Positions 39,135-52,281 of a stretch of DNA of 64,000 nt are shown here, piece by piece (within the stretch, counting starts at the first letter, position 1; each line of letters begins with the position of its first letter). A program made the translations under genes and the position numbers. The notes beneath the pieces were generated by a model. That model made no database searches. It saw nothing but the letters and a program-made list of their open reading frames with translations, and was not told where the DNA came from. This stretch comes from Mobula hypostoma. Lineage: Eukaryota. The stretch is taken from positions 63,862,001-63,926,000 of the forward strand of contig NC_086108.1 in NCBI RefSeq assembly GCF_963921235.1, read 5' to 3'.

Positions 39135-40500
39135 GATAAGAATATAGAACAGTACAGCACAGTGCGGGCCCTTTGACTAATGATGTTGTGCTAACCCTTT
39201 AATCTATTCCCTTATCAATCTAACCCTTCCCCATAACCCTCCATTTTTCTTTCATCCATGTGCCTTTCTAAGAGTCCCTTAAATGTTCCTAATGTATCAG
39301 CTTCTACCACCACCAGTGCGTTCTTTGTGTATAGTATTCTCTGTGTAAAAAAACTATCTTTGACATCCATCCCCTATACTTCCCTCCAATCACCTGAAAA
39401 GTATACCCCTTGCATTCGACATTTCGGCCCTGTACACTCAATCTATGCCTCTGATCATCTTGTACACCTCTATCAAATCACCACTCGTCCTCCTTTGCTG
39501 TAAAGAGAAAAGCCCTAGCTCTATCACCCTATCCTCAGAAGACATGCTCTCCAATCCAGGAAACGTTCTGGTAATTCTCTTCTGCACCTTCTCTAAGGCT
39601 TCCACATCCTTCAGAAACTTAGAACAGTACTCCAAGTGCAGCCCAACCAGAGTTTTATAGAACTGTACATTACCTTGTGGCTCTTGAACTCAACCCCCAA
39701 CAAATGAAGGCCAACCCACCATACTCCTTCTTAACCATTCTACCAACTTGTGTGGCAATTTTGAGTGACCTATGGACATAGATCACAAAATTCTGTCTGT
39801 TCCTCAACACGATCAAAAATCCTGATGTTAAAAATGTACTCTGCCTTAAAGTTTGATCCTCCAAAGTGTATCACCCAACCTTATACTTCCTTGTCCAAGT
39901 CATCTGTAACATCCCAAAGTGCAGGGGTCCCAGAACAGATCCCTGTGGTGCACCTCTGGTCACTGAACTCCAGGCAGAATGTGTTCCATCAACCACCACT
40001 CTCTAGCTTACGCGGGCAAGCCAATTCCAAATCCACACAACCAAGTTTCCCTAGATCCCCTGCCTCCTGACTTTCTGATGAGCCAACCATGGGGAACCTT
40101 GTCAAATTCTTTACTAAAATCCACGTGCACCACATCCACTGATCTACCTTCACCAATTTGTTTTGTCACTTCCTCTGAGAGGTCAATATGGCTTGTGAGG
40201 CATGACCTGTACCTTACAAAGCCATGCTGACTATCTGTGATCACTGACTATGCTTCTCCAAATACTCATAAATCCTGTCTCCAAGAATCCTCCTCAGTAA
40301 TTAGCTCGCCACTGATGTTAGACTCATTAGCCCAGGGTTATTCCAATTACCTTCTTTGAACAAAGGAATGACATTTTCCATCCTCCAATCTTCTGGTACT
40401 GCTCCTTTGGCCAGAGAGGACACAAAGATCATGCCAATGTCAGCAACCCCTTCCCTCACTTCCAGTAGTAACCTTCAGTATTTCCCATCTGGTCCTGATG
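39135..40500 (-). mobile_element. Decayed CR1
   Basis: DSQHGFV..RSCLT, DFSK.FDKVPH, LEKVQKR.TR. Confidence 0.8.
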
Positions 40501-40691
40501 GCTGTGCAGGCCAAGTCATTGGGTATACTCAAGGCAGAGCTTGATAGGTTCTTGATTAGTAAATGCATCAAAGGTAGCAGGGAGAAGGTAGGAAAATGGG
40601 GTTGAGTGCATGTTTAGTACCTGGGAGATGGCAAAATAAAGAGAGTAACCATTATTTACACTGTGCTCAGCAGGGAGTCTGTATAATTAAT

Positions 40692-41712
40692 TACATAGAA
40701 ACATGGAAAACATATAGTACAATACAGGCCCTTCGGCCCACCAAGCTGTGCCGAACATGTCCCTACCTTAGAACTACCTGGGCTTTACCAATAGCCTTCT
40801 ATTTTTCTAAGTTCCATGTACCTATCCAGGAGTCTCTTAAAAGACCATATTGCTTTCGCCTCCACCACCGCCACCGGCAGCCCATTCCACACACTCATCA
40901 CTTTCTGCGTAAAAAACTTACCCCTGACATCTCCGCTGTACCTGCTTCCAGGTGATCCCTGAGGCACACCACTGGTCACCGGCCTCCATCCAGAATATGA
41001 CCCGTGTACAACCACTCTTTGCCTTCTGTGGGCAAGCTGGTTCTGGATCCACAAAGCAATGCCCCCTTGGATCCCATGCCTCCTTACTTTCTCAATAAGC
41101 CTTGCACAGGGTACCTTATCAAATTCCTTGCTAAAATCCATATGCACTACATCTATGGCTCTACCTTCATCAATGTGCTTAGTCACATCCTCAAAAAATT
41201 CTATCAGGCTCCTAAGGCATGATCTGCCTTTGACAACACCATGTTGACTATTCCTAATCATATTATGCTTCTCCAAATGCTCATAAATCCTGCCTATCAG
41301 GATCTTCTCCATCAACGTACCAACCACTGAAGTAAGACTCACTGGCCTATAATTTCCTGGGCTATCCCTACTCCTACTCCCTTTCTTGAATAAGGGAAAA
41401 ACATCAGCAACCCTCCAATCCTCCAGAACCTCTCCCGTTCTCATTGATGATGCAAAGATCATCACCAGAGGCTCAGCAATCTCCTCCCTTGCTTCCCAAC
41501 GTAGCCTGGGGTACATCCCGTCCAGTTCCGGTGACTTATCCAACTTGATGCTTTCCAAAAGCTCCAGCACATCCTCTTTCTTAATATCTACATTCTCAAG
41601 CTTTTCAGTCCACTGTAAGTCATTCCTACAATCACCAAGATCCTTTTCCATATTGAATACTGAAGCAAAGTATTCATTAAGTACCTTCACTATTTCCTTC
41701 GGTTCCATACAC
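40692..41712 (-). mobile_element. CR1 with an in-frame internal deletion (307-aa open frame)
   Basis: ...VTSGVPQGS|PG|SRYSGDVRGKFFTQ: the RT catalytic core (FADD) is missing at a junction near 40950. Confidence 0.85.
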
Positions 41713-43347
41713 TGTTAAAAAGGCCAAGGCATTGCCGTTTATATTGTCCAATTCCTGAAGACAATGTACAGAATGTTGTCCACACTTTTGCCATCACTAA
41801 TGTGGGTACAAACACAACCGAAAAGCCTGTGCTTTGGTTGGTTGTGGACACAAACACACACGCACACAAAGGGTATCATATCTGACCTTCCAGTGAGAAT
41901 ATTTGGATTCACAGAGCCCTGTATAACTAGTTGCCTGCTATACTGCACAATTTGATTACAGTATCACTGTTTATTTGGAACTGAATTACTCACCTTGGAG
42001 TCATTCATTTCCAGCCCGTAGGCGATATTTTCATCACAGTGTCCTTCCAAGTGGAGACTGGAATGCTGTTTCGAAGGAGTGCACTCAAGGTAAGTGAATG
42101 CATGATAAGGTCTCATTTATACTCAAAGTCTAGATGTACCTCCTACACATTCCCTCAATCTTTTATTATTATGAAAATATAATGTGCATTAGATTCTAGG
42201 GGAACTGGATTAGCACATAATGAGCAGGACAGTTTGCCCCTCTAAGGGCAATAGTAGCTATAATGTTGTACTTTCTAACTAGCAGATTATATTGACGACA
42301 AACAGCTGTCAGTCATCAGTTCTGCTAAAGCTTGTTGTCCAAGCTTTAGAGTTATTTAGCACTGCCAAGGACAAGCAGACATTATGTGCACCATCCTTTC
42401 CTGACCGGTTTAAACAGTGACAGTTTTGGAACTTAACTGAAGGGTGTGGAAATTATTTCCTGACTGCCTGGTAGTAGCAGCTCTTTTTCATTAATTACAA
42501 GAAAAAAAGACACACACAGAAAATAAGAGCAGGAGTAGACCATCTGGTCCTTCATACCTACCTTGCCATTCAAATGATTTTGGTTGCCACAGGCGTCAAA
42601 CTCTTTCTCTCTCCCCCCGAGTTCCTCACAACACTTAACTCTTTCAAAAATATATCTGCCCACTTTTCAGAAGCCTCCAGCAATCTAGCTTCCACAACCC
42701 AGAGAAGCAGCGCCTCTGCAAGGAAAAAATCTGCACCTCATTTTTAAATGCTCTTGCGAATAGATTCTTGCTCAACTGACCACATCATCTAGTTTCTGTT
42801 CAAACTATTCAATCCTCCTTCATCTCCCACCTTCCCTTGCACCTGTAGGAAGGAGGTACAGAAGCATCAGGACTAGGACTGCCGGACTGGGTAATAGCTC
42901 CTTCCTTCAGGCTGTGACTAATAAATACCCTGCCACCACTGAGATTTCATCACTGGGACAGCCAGCTGTTCACCGTTTAGCTGTGCTGCGCACTACGTTC
43001 ATTTTAAATCATGTTTTATGAACATATTCCTGGTGAAATTTTGTTTTATGTGCTGCATGTGATATATGTGTTGTGGCCCAGGAGAACATTGTTTCATTTG
43101 GTTTTACAGTTTGTAGAGTCAGATGACAATAAACTTGAAATTGAATTTCAACTTAATGTACACTGCTATTTAACTTGTTTCTATTTTTCTGAACCACACT
43201 ATTACGCACCACACATCACACTAACAGCATCCGTACATATATTCTGGAATAACTATAATATGACTCCAAGCAGCCTAATAGTTGCTTCTCAGCTCCAGAA
43301 AATTGCAATGGGCTTCATTCGATTGATGCTCATTACGTTGGAGGACT

Positions 43348-44368
43348 GTGTGTAGCGGAGTGCCTCAGGGATCTGTACTGGGTCCAATGTTGTTTGTCAT
43401 ATATATTAATTAACTGGATGATGGGGTGGTAAATTGAATGAGTAAGTATGCAGATGATACTAAGATAGGTGGCATTGTTGATAACGAAGTAGGTTTTCAA
43501 AGCTTGCAGAGAGATTTAGGACAGTTAGAAGGGTGGGCTGAAAGATGACAGATGGAGTTTAATGCTGAAAAATGTGAGGTGCTACAGTTTGGTAGGACTA
43601 ATCAAAATAGGACATACATGGTAAATGGCAGGGCATTGAAGAATGCAGTAGAACAGAGGGATCTAGGAATAATGGTGCATAGTTCCCTGAAGGTGGAATC
43701 TCATGTGGATAGAGTGGTGAAGAAAGCTTCTGGTATGCTGGCCTTTATTAATCATAGCATTGAGTATAGGAGTTGGGATGTAATGTTGAAATTGTATAAG
43801 GCTTTGGTAAGGCCAAATTTGGAGTATTGTTTACAGTTCTGGTCACCGAATTATAGGAAAGATGTCAATAGAATTGAGAGAGTACAGAGGAGATTTACTA
43901 AAATGTTGCCTGGGTTTCATCTCCTAAGTTACAGAGAAAGGTTGAACAAGTTAGGTCTTTATTCTTTGGAGTGTAGAAAGTTGAGGGGGGACTTGATAGA
44001 GGTGTTTAAAATTATGAGGGCGATTGAGAGAGTTGACGTGGATAGACATTTTTCATTGAGAATGTGGGAGATTCAAACAAGAGGACATGAGTTGAGAATT
44101 AAAGGGCAAAAGTTCAGGGGTAACATGAGGGGGAACTCCTTTACTCAGAGTGGTAGCTGTGTGGAACGAGCTTCCAGCAGAAGTGGTTGAGGCAGGTTCG
44201 ATGTTGTCATTTAAAGTTAAATTGGACAGCTTTATGGACAGGAAAGGAATGGAGGGTTATGGGCTGAGTGCAGGTCGGTGGGACTAAGTGAGAGTAAGAG
44301 TTCGGCATGGACTAGAAGGGCCGAGATGGCCTGTTTCCATGCTGTAATTGTTATATGGTTATATGGTT
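43348..44368 (+). mobile_element. Fairly young 5'-truncated CR1 3' end
   Basis: SGVPQGSVLGP, YADDTKIGG, 212-aa ORF; (TTATATGG)n tail. Confidence 0.9.
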
Positions 44369-44377
44369 ACATTGAGA

Positions 44378-44580
44378 AGCAAGAGAAAATCTGCAGATGC
44401 TGGAAATCCCAGCAACAGCACAAAATGCTGGAGGAACTCAGCAGGCCAGGCAGCATCTATGGAAATGAGTAAGCAAAGAGTCCTGATGAAGGGTCTTGAC
44501 CTGAAACATCAAGTGTTTACTTTTTTCCATAGATGCTCTCTGGCCTGCTGGATTCCTCCAGCATTTTGTGTGTGCTGCTC
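44378..44580. mobile_element. Palindromic Penelope pLTR derivative with hammerhead core
   Basis: Inverted arms around CTGATGA (44483-44489) AGGGTCTTGACCT GAAAC. Confidence 0.75.
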
Positions 44581-45769
44581 ATGATTTGCATTGTTGTTTT
44601 TTTTACTCTAGTTTAAGTTTCCAAGTTTGAGGCTACATTTAGAGGTTAGCATTAACCCCCTATTTCACTGAATGATTTTATTTTTCAAGTTCAAATTCAG
44701 GTTGATTGTCATTCAACCATACTCATATATACAGCTAAATGAAATATCATTCCTCTGGGGCCAAGGTGAACAAAAATAGTAAATATAGTCATACACAGCA
44801 CATACAGTACAGTCACAAGTCCCTGAGAGGCATAGCCTGAAGACTGGCAGGTTGACATAAAGTGCAAGGTGTGTGTTTATGTAAAACACTACCATGTAAT
44901 ATTACCGGCACCATTATAATAAAACAGGCAGTAGTATGAGTATGTGAAGCAGCAGCAATAAAAGATGAAAAAGAAACTGGTGAAGGATGTGACTGTGTCT
45001 GTGAGTTGGGGATAGATGGGGGTGGCATTGGTGGGGCTCAGAGCATTCAGCAGGGTTGTACATGTGTACTGGGTGGCAGCAGAGTGTTAAGAAATCTAAC
45101 ATCCTGGACGAAGAAGCTGTTAGCCAACCTGACAGTTCTAGTTCTTAACTATTTCAATATGGAGATAAAATTCCAGTGCATTCAAGATAAGGAAATATTC
45201 TAAAGATTGGCTCAGGTCACTGTTTTATTATCTGCTTTTATGGGATTTTTCTCACCTCCAGAAGGCAACTGAAAGGCAAAGCCAAGATGTTGGTTTAGGA
45301 TGTAACATCAAACACGTATCTTGAAGCACTTACAGTAAATAAGAAATAAGAACAGTGGACATGCATAATGTTAAACTTCCTTGGTTTCTTATATAGCAAA
45401 ATATGATAAAAATTGTTTACAATATAGCATTGTTAAGCAAAACTAATATGCTATGTTATCCAAGAGATCCATCTCCACATACAGGTTATGATTTTTTTGT
45501 TCACTGAAAATTGTCTAAAATGCATTTAAAAATTCAAGACTTGTGATGACTCATAAATAAATTCTATATTATGACTTGTGTCCCTTAGATTCTCTTTCCA
45601 ACATTGTAATATAATGAACTGAAACATCAGTCTGTAATTAAGCACACCTTTTCATGTCTAATGTAGTGCAAGAGAATTAAAACCGATTTCATCATGCTAA
45701 TCCTCTGATAAAACTATGTTATTCTTTTACATTACTCAACAACACTGAAATCAATTGTTAGAACATATA

Positions 45770-47312
45770 CCTACAGAACCAGGGGAGCCAACGCACTTGA
45801 CCACTGTAATACCAGGTTCAAGAACACTTACAGTGCCATTCCAAGCCTGCACTTTGGATCAGCTGGCATATAAGCAGAGACTAAAGCATGCAACACCAGC
45901 GGTGAGGAACAAGAAGGTATGGTCAAGAGATGTGGAGAGACACTTACAAGACTGTTTTGAGTTGGTGGACTAGGCAATATTTAGGGATTCATTTTTGAGT
46001 CCTTATTAATATGCCACAGTTGTCACCAACTTAATCAAAACCTGCGCGGATGAGTGAGTGCCTTTGAGGACATACCAGAAATACCCAAATCAAAAGCCAT
46101 GGATCAAACAGCAGATTCATAGTCTGCTGAGGGCTAGATCTGTCGCATTCACCTGTGGATTTTTTTTTTGCCATTTGCGCAATTTATTCTTTTTTTACGT
46201 GTTGGGTGTTTGATATTTTCTTGAATGGGTTTCATGGCGTTTCTTTGTTTCGTGACTGCCTGTGGGAGGATGAATCTCAGAGTTATATTCTGTATACATA
46301 TCTGATAATAAATGCACTTTGAATCTTTGAATCAAACTGGTGATCCAGAATTATACAAGAAGTCCAGGCATGACCTATGGAAGGCTATTTTAAAAATGAA
46401 AAAATAATTCCAATTGAAGCTAGGGACAGAATCAGAAGCACTTCAATTTTGACAGGTTTTGTAGGCCATTATTTCTCACAAACCGAAACCTAACATCATG
46501 AGTGTTCCAAGTAAGCTCACTTCCAAGTAAGCTCAATGCATTTTTGTACATGCTTTGAAAGGGAGAACAGAACTACATCCGTATGAATCCCTGCAGGATC
46601 TGGTGACCTACTGATGTCAGAACATCTTTCTTGAGGGTGAATCCTCGCAAGGCATCAGGCCCTGATGGTGTACCTGGTACAGTACTGAAAACCTGTGCCA
46701 ACCAACTATTGGGAGTGTTCAAGGACATCTTTAATCTCTCACTGTTGCAGTTGGAGGTTCCCAATGCTGCAAAAGGGTGACAATCATACCAGCGACCAAC
46801 AAGAGCAGGATGGGTTTCCTCAGCAACCACTGCCCAGTTGCACTCACATCTACAGTGATGAAGTGCTTTGTGAGTTTGGTCAAGGCTAGAATCAACTCCT
46901 GCCTAAGCAAGGACCTGAACCTACTGCAATTTGCCTATAGCTATAATAGGTCTACAGCAGATGCAATCTCACTGGCTCTCCATTCAGCCTTGGAGCTCCT
47001 GCACAACAGCAATACCTACATCAGGCTACTGTTTGTTGATTACAACTCTGTTATCACACCATTATACCTTCAGTACTAATCAACAGGCTCCAAAATCTGG
47101 ACCTCTGTACCTCCCTCTGCACCTGGATCCTTGACTTCCTCATCAGGAGACCACAGTCAGTGCATTTTGGAAATAGCATTTCCTCTTCGCTGACAATCAA
47201 AACTGACGCACCACAAGGATGCGTGCTTAGCTCACTGGCTTACTCTCTCTACACCCACATCTGTGTGGCCAGGCACAGCTCAAACACCATGTATAAACTT
47301 GTCAATGACACA
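45770..47312 (+). mobile_element. Rex1/Babar-like LINE fragment, with a short insertion at about 46150-46333
   Basis: [48 protein letters not shown]. Confidence 0.8.
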
Positions 47313-47479
47313 GCTAAGTGCCAGCTGACTGTCTTTTGTACCGGAGAAGAGAGAGCCTCAATCGGATTCTGACTCCACTGTTAGCCATGCGTCTAATCTA
47401 CATAGAAAGCATCTTTAGCACTGTCGATTGGTATTCCTATTAACACCCCAACACATTTTTAATTCATGTTTTTAGAGCT

Positions 47480-47740
47480 TTTCAGGACTGGCTGTACGAA
47501 TGAGGTTCCATTCCACCACTGTGTGTAAGGAGTTTGGATATTCTCCCTCTGACTGCATGGGTTTTCTTGGAGTGCTCTGGTTTCCTCCCACATTCCAAAG
47601 ATGTATGGGTTAGGGTTAGGTGCCCGAAGCATGGTGGCACTTGCCCAGGATAATCCTCGTAGACTTGATTTGAAGCAAGTGATACATTTCACTGTATTTT
47701 TTATGCACATGTGACATACAAAACTAAACTTTAAATAATT
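47480..47740 (+). mobile_element. V-SINE-like fragment
   Basis: TGTAAGGAGTTTGGATATTCTCCC...TTTCCTCCCACATTCCAAAGATGTA, homologous to 25170-25400. Confidence 0.6.
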
Positions 47741-48559
47741 GACACAGAATGAAACTAAGTTTTCCAATGAACCCAGTGCAGTTGACAGGATCTTGATCAG
47801 ATTGAAAAGAAAAGGAGAACCACCTTACAGTGAATCAGAGGAAGGCCAGGAATTGAGTCCTTGGTGGGTTCGAAAGGAGGGTGGGAAATATAGCCTCAGT
47901 AATGGTATAGGCCCTATACTATAGGGAATGTGAAAATTGGAGCAAATCACCTCCCCTCCCAACCCCGACACCCCCGTGTTCAGAGGAAACACCACAAAAA
48001 TCATCTGCTGAGCCAGGTGCTGAACCAATATGAATAATTCAACAGTAGAGTTTTCTTGCAAATAGGCACTCGTAGATTCACCACAGTGCATGGAAACCTT
48101 GTAAGGATGGATGACTGCATTATATTTATGTATTGACTGAATCGCTTCCTTTCCAGTTCTCCAGTGAATTTTAACCTAATGGATCTCAAATAAGAATGTA
48201 CGGTTAAAATGCCATGAATATTTGAGAAAATGAAAATGATACTGAATGTTTTGCACTGTTATTCAGTGCTAAGGTACAAATATTTTGTGCTTGCCTAAAT
48301 TAAGTGCTAATGAGATAATTAGTATACCAGTGTTCATATCAATGAATTGTAAACTTCTGTCAACTGAGCATGGAATAACCTTGAAACAAAAAAAAACATA
48401 ATGTCGATGTTTATTGCATTACCCACAAACTGAAGAGTGATCGCTGAATGTCAAATTCATTAACTTAATGATCACTTTGATTTAGCTGGACAGTATCGTT
48501 CCTGAGAAATTCAACAAATTTTTGGAGGAGGAAACCAGAGGTCTATGAGTCCTCATCAA

Positions 48560-51060
48560 GAAGGGGTCTGCAACTTTAAATTCCTTGGTATTACAGTATC
48601 AATTGACCCAGCAAGTAAGTGCAATTATGAAGAAAGCATGCCAGCACCTCTACTTGCTTAGAAGTTTGCGAAGATTCAGCATGACATCTCTCTACACCCA
48701 TGACTGTGTGGCTAGGCATAGCTCAAATGCCATCTATAAATTTGCTGATGATACAACCATTGTTGGCAGAATTTCAGATGGTGATGAAAGGGCATACAGA
48801 AGCGTGATATACCAGTTAGTTGAGTGGAGTCACAGCAACAACATTTCACTCAATGTCAGCAAGACCAAAGAGCTGATTGTGGACTTCACAAACCAATCAG
48901 AAGTGGAGAGAGTGAGTAATTTCAAGTTACTGGTTGTCTATATCTCTGAGGGCCTAACCTGGACGCAACATATCGATGCAGCTATGAAGGAGGCAAGACA
49001 GCAGCTATATTTCATTAAGAGTTTGACGAGATTTGGTTTGCCAACTAAAACACTCGAAAACTTCTACAAATGTACCATGGAGAGCGTTCTGACTGCCTGC
49101 ATCAGCATCTGGTATGAGGGCTGGGCTACTGTACAAGATCAAAGCAAATTGCAGAAAATTGTAAAATTATTCAGCTCCATCATCTCCTTTACTCTCTGTA
49201 TACCCATGACTGTGTCACCACCCACAGCTCCAATCTGCGAATTAAATTTGCTGATGATACTACACTGATTGGCCTAATCGTAAATAATAATGAGGCAGCC
49301 TACAGAGAAAAAGTCATCACCCTGACACAGTGGTGTCAAGAAAACAACCTCTCCCTCCATGTTGCAAAAACAAAGGAGCTGGTTGTGGACTACAGGAGGA
49401 ATGGAGACAGACTAACCCATATTGACATCAACGGATCTGGGGTTGAGAGGGCGAACAGCTTTAAGTTCCTCGGCATACACGTCACCGAGGATCTCACGTG
49501 GTCTGTACATACCGGCTGTGCGGTGAAAATGGCACAACAACGCCTCTTTCACCTCAGACGGTTGAAGGTGTTTGGTATGGGCCCCCAAATGCTAAAAACT
49601 TTCTAGAGGGGCACAATTCAGAGCATCCTGACTGGCTGCATCACTGCCTGATATGGGAACTGAACTTCCCTCAATCACAGGCTCTTGCAGAGAGTGGTGT
49701 GGACAGTCCAGCGCATCTGGAGACGTGAACTTCCAGGACGTTTACAAAGGCAGGTGTGTAAAAAGGGCCCAAAGGATCACTGGGGACCTGAGTCACCCCA
49801 ACCACAAACTGTTCTAGCTGCTACCATCTGGGAAACAGTACCACAGCATAAAAGCCAGGACCAACAGGCTCTGGGACAACTTCTTCCACCAGGCCATCAG
49901 ACTGATTAATTCATGCTGACACAATTGTATTTCTATGTTATATTGACTGTCCTGTTGTACATACTATTTATTATGAATTACTATAAATTGCACATTGCTC
50001 ATTTAGATGGAGACGTGATGTAAAGATTTTTACTCCTCATGTATATGAAGGATGTAAGTAATAAAGTCAATTCAATTCTATTCATTAGTACTCACCTACG
50101 TAGTATCCAAGCCTTCTTCAAGGAGCAGCGCTTTAGGAAGGCATCGTCTATCATTAAGAACCCCCACTGCCCAGGACATACCCTCTTCTCATTGTTATCA
50201 TCAGGAAGGAGGTACAGAAGGTTGAAGGCACACAGTCAGTGATTCAGGAGCAGCTTCTTCCATTCTGTCACATAATGTCTAAATGGTCATTGAACCCATG
50301 AACACTACCTCACTACATTTTTATTTCAGTTTTTTCTGCACTACCTATTTTAATTTAACCATTTAATAGACATACATACTTACTGTAATTTAGTTTTTTT
50401 TCTCTATATTTTTGTTATCAGGTATCTCATTGTACTGCTGCCGTAAAGTTAACAAATTTCATGACATATGTTGATATTAAACCTGAGACTGACTCTGATT
50501 CTGAAAACTTTGACAAACTTCTATATATGTGTGGTAAAGAGTATATTGACTGAAACTTAGTCAGCTCCATCACGGTCACTAGCCTCCGTATCATCCAGGA
50601 TATCTTCAAGGAGAGATACCTCAAAAAGGCGGCGTCCATCACTAAGGACCGCCATCACCCAGGACATGCACTGTTCTCACTGCTACCATCAGGAAGGAGG
50701 TACAGCAGCCTCAGGACCATGTTCAGGGACAGTTATTACCCTTCAACCATTAGTCTCTTGAACCATTGAGGTAACGTCGTTCGCCCTATTACTGAACTGT
50801 TCCCCCAACCTGTGGACTCACATTAAGGACTCTTCACCTCACGTTCTTGATATTTATTTAATATTATTATTTCTGTTTTCCTTTTTTATTTGCACAGTTT
50901 GTTGTCTTGTGCACTTCGGTTATTTGTCCATGTTGTTGGGTTCAATCTTCCTTTGATTCTATTATGTTCCTTGTACTTACTGTGTATGCCCACAAGCAAG
51001 CAAATCTCAGGGTTGTATATGGTGACATATATGTACTTTGATAATAAATATACTTTGAAC
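48560..51060 (+). mobile_element. Cluster of Rex1/Babar-like LINE 3' fragments
   Basis: LYTHDC..KFADDTT.VG, LNV.KTKEL.VDF, LYFLR.LR.F; several AATAAA/tandem-tail ends. Confidence 0.78.
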
Positions 51061-52190
51061 AATCTAATTTCTCTGGATTGCCCAATTCAAAGCAATCTAA
51101 ACTGTTTGTCAGACACTTTTCTTTGAAAATCCAGCTCAAAGTAAGCTTGGGTTAATGACTGGAGTACTATAGAAGAGATCACTAGTAACTAGTAATGATA
51201 AAGGGGATTGTTCAAGTGAAAGTTCTTAATTACTTCAGAAATTTTATGATTTAAAAATAACTGCCAGCAGAAACAGCAGGTTCCCAAGTACAACAACATG
51301 AACATTTTCATGGTCTACAGCAGGTTTATCACCTGATTAAAAAAAACAAAATTGAAGAAGTATCTTAGGAATGGGAATTACCGACAGCACTGGGAAATTG
51401 CAGATATCACAGTTCCTCTGAAATAATCACAGAACCTTACAATACAGATAGAACCTACTCAGAGCATCACAACTCCTTCAGTTCTTTGAAAGACTTCAAA
51501 AGTCATTGACCTGAAAAGTTATCCCTGATTCTCCTTCGTAGGTGCTTCCTGACCTGTTGAACATTTTCTTTGAGTGAGATGTCCAGTTAGCCTATTCCCT
51601 TTTAGACCTGCAGTTTTTTTTACCCTGTTTGAAATTAAAAATATATTGAACATTTCTGGCAAGAAATGTCACTTACATGACCATATGGAACATCTTCATA
51701 TTCATTTCATGAGTAGCTGACCACTGTGTTCTTTTAATTGATTGAACTCCATAAGAATTCTCCAACTATTCTACACATAATGATATTACCACAGCTCATG
51801 GAAGAAATCAGAGTATTTTTATTTTTTATCATAAAACAGAGCAAACTGTGACCAAATTCTGGCAGCAGCAGCATAATATAATTAAACAAAAACAGAAGCA
51901 GTTTATAATGACTTAACCCCTCTGAATTTCAATTACTTTTAATATCAATTATCAGCACAATTCTAACAGTACAAGACACAGTAAAGGATACTGTAAATTT
52001 ATCTTTTATGTGGTTCCTGATGGCAACAACGGAGTGCATTAAAGTAAAATGTTTGAAAGAATGCTATAGTTAGGAATTGCTCAATCCTTTTGAAAATGTA
52101 ATCATGTTTTAAATGCTGCATTGCACATATCACATTAATTTAAAATGTAGAATTCTCACACAGTACAATCTAGCATTTTACTCAAGGTAC

Positions 52191-52281
52191 CTGCGTAAAG
52201 GATTTCAGCATGGGAACAGAAGGATCCTTCATCATATTCTTTGTGGTGTCTGTGAAAACAATTTTGCCTGCATCAGGTATT
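52191..52281 (-). CDS. FREM1: FREM1-family exon (91 nt): (R)IPDAGKIVFTDTTKNMMKDPSVPMLKSFTQ
   Basis: Not in the ORF track; read by hand. Acceptor TTACAG|A; donor CAG|GTACC. Phase 2 to 0 fits both neighbours; matches FREM1 'DAGKL...LRSFTQ'. Confidence 0.92.
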
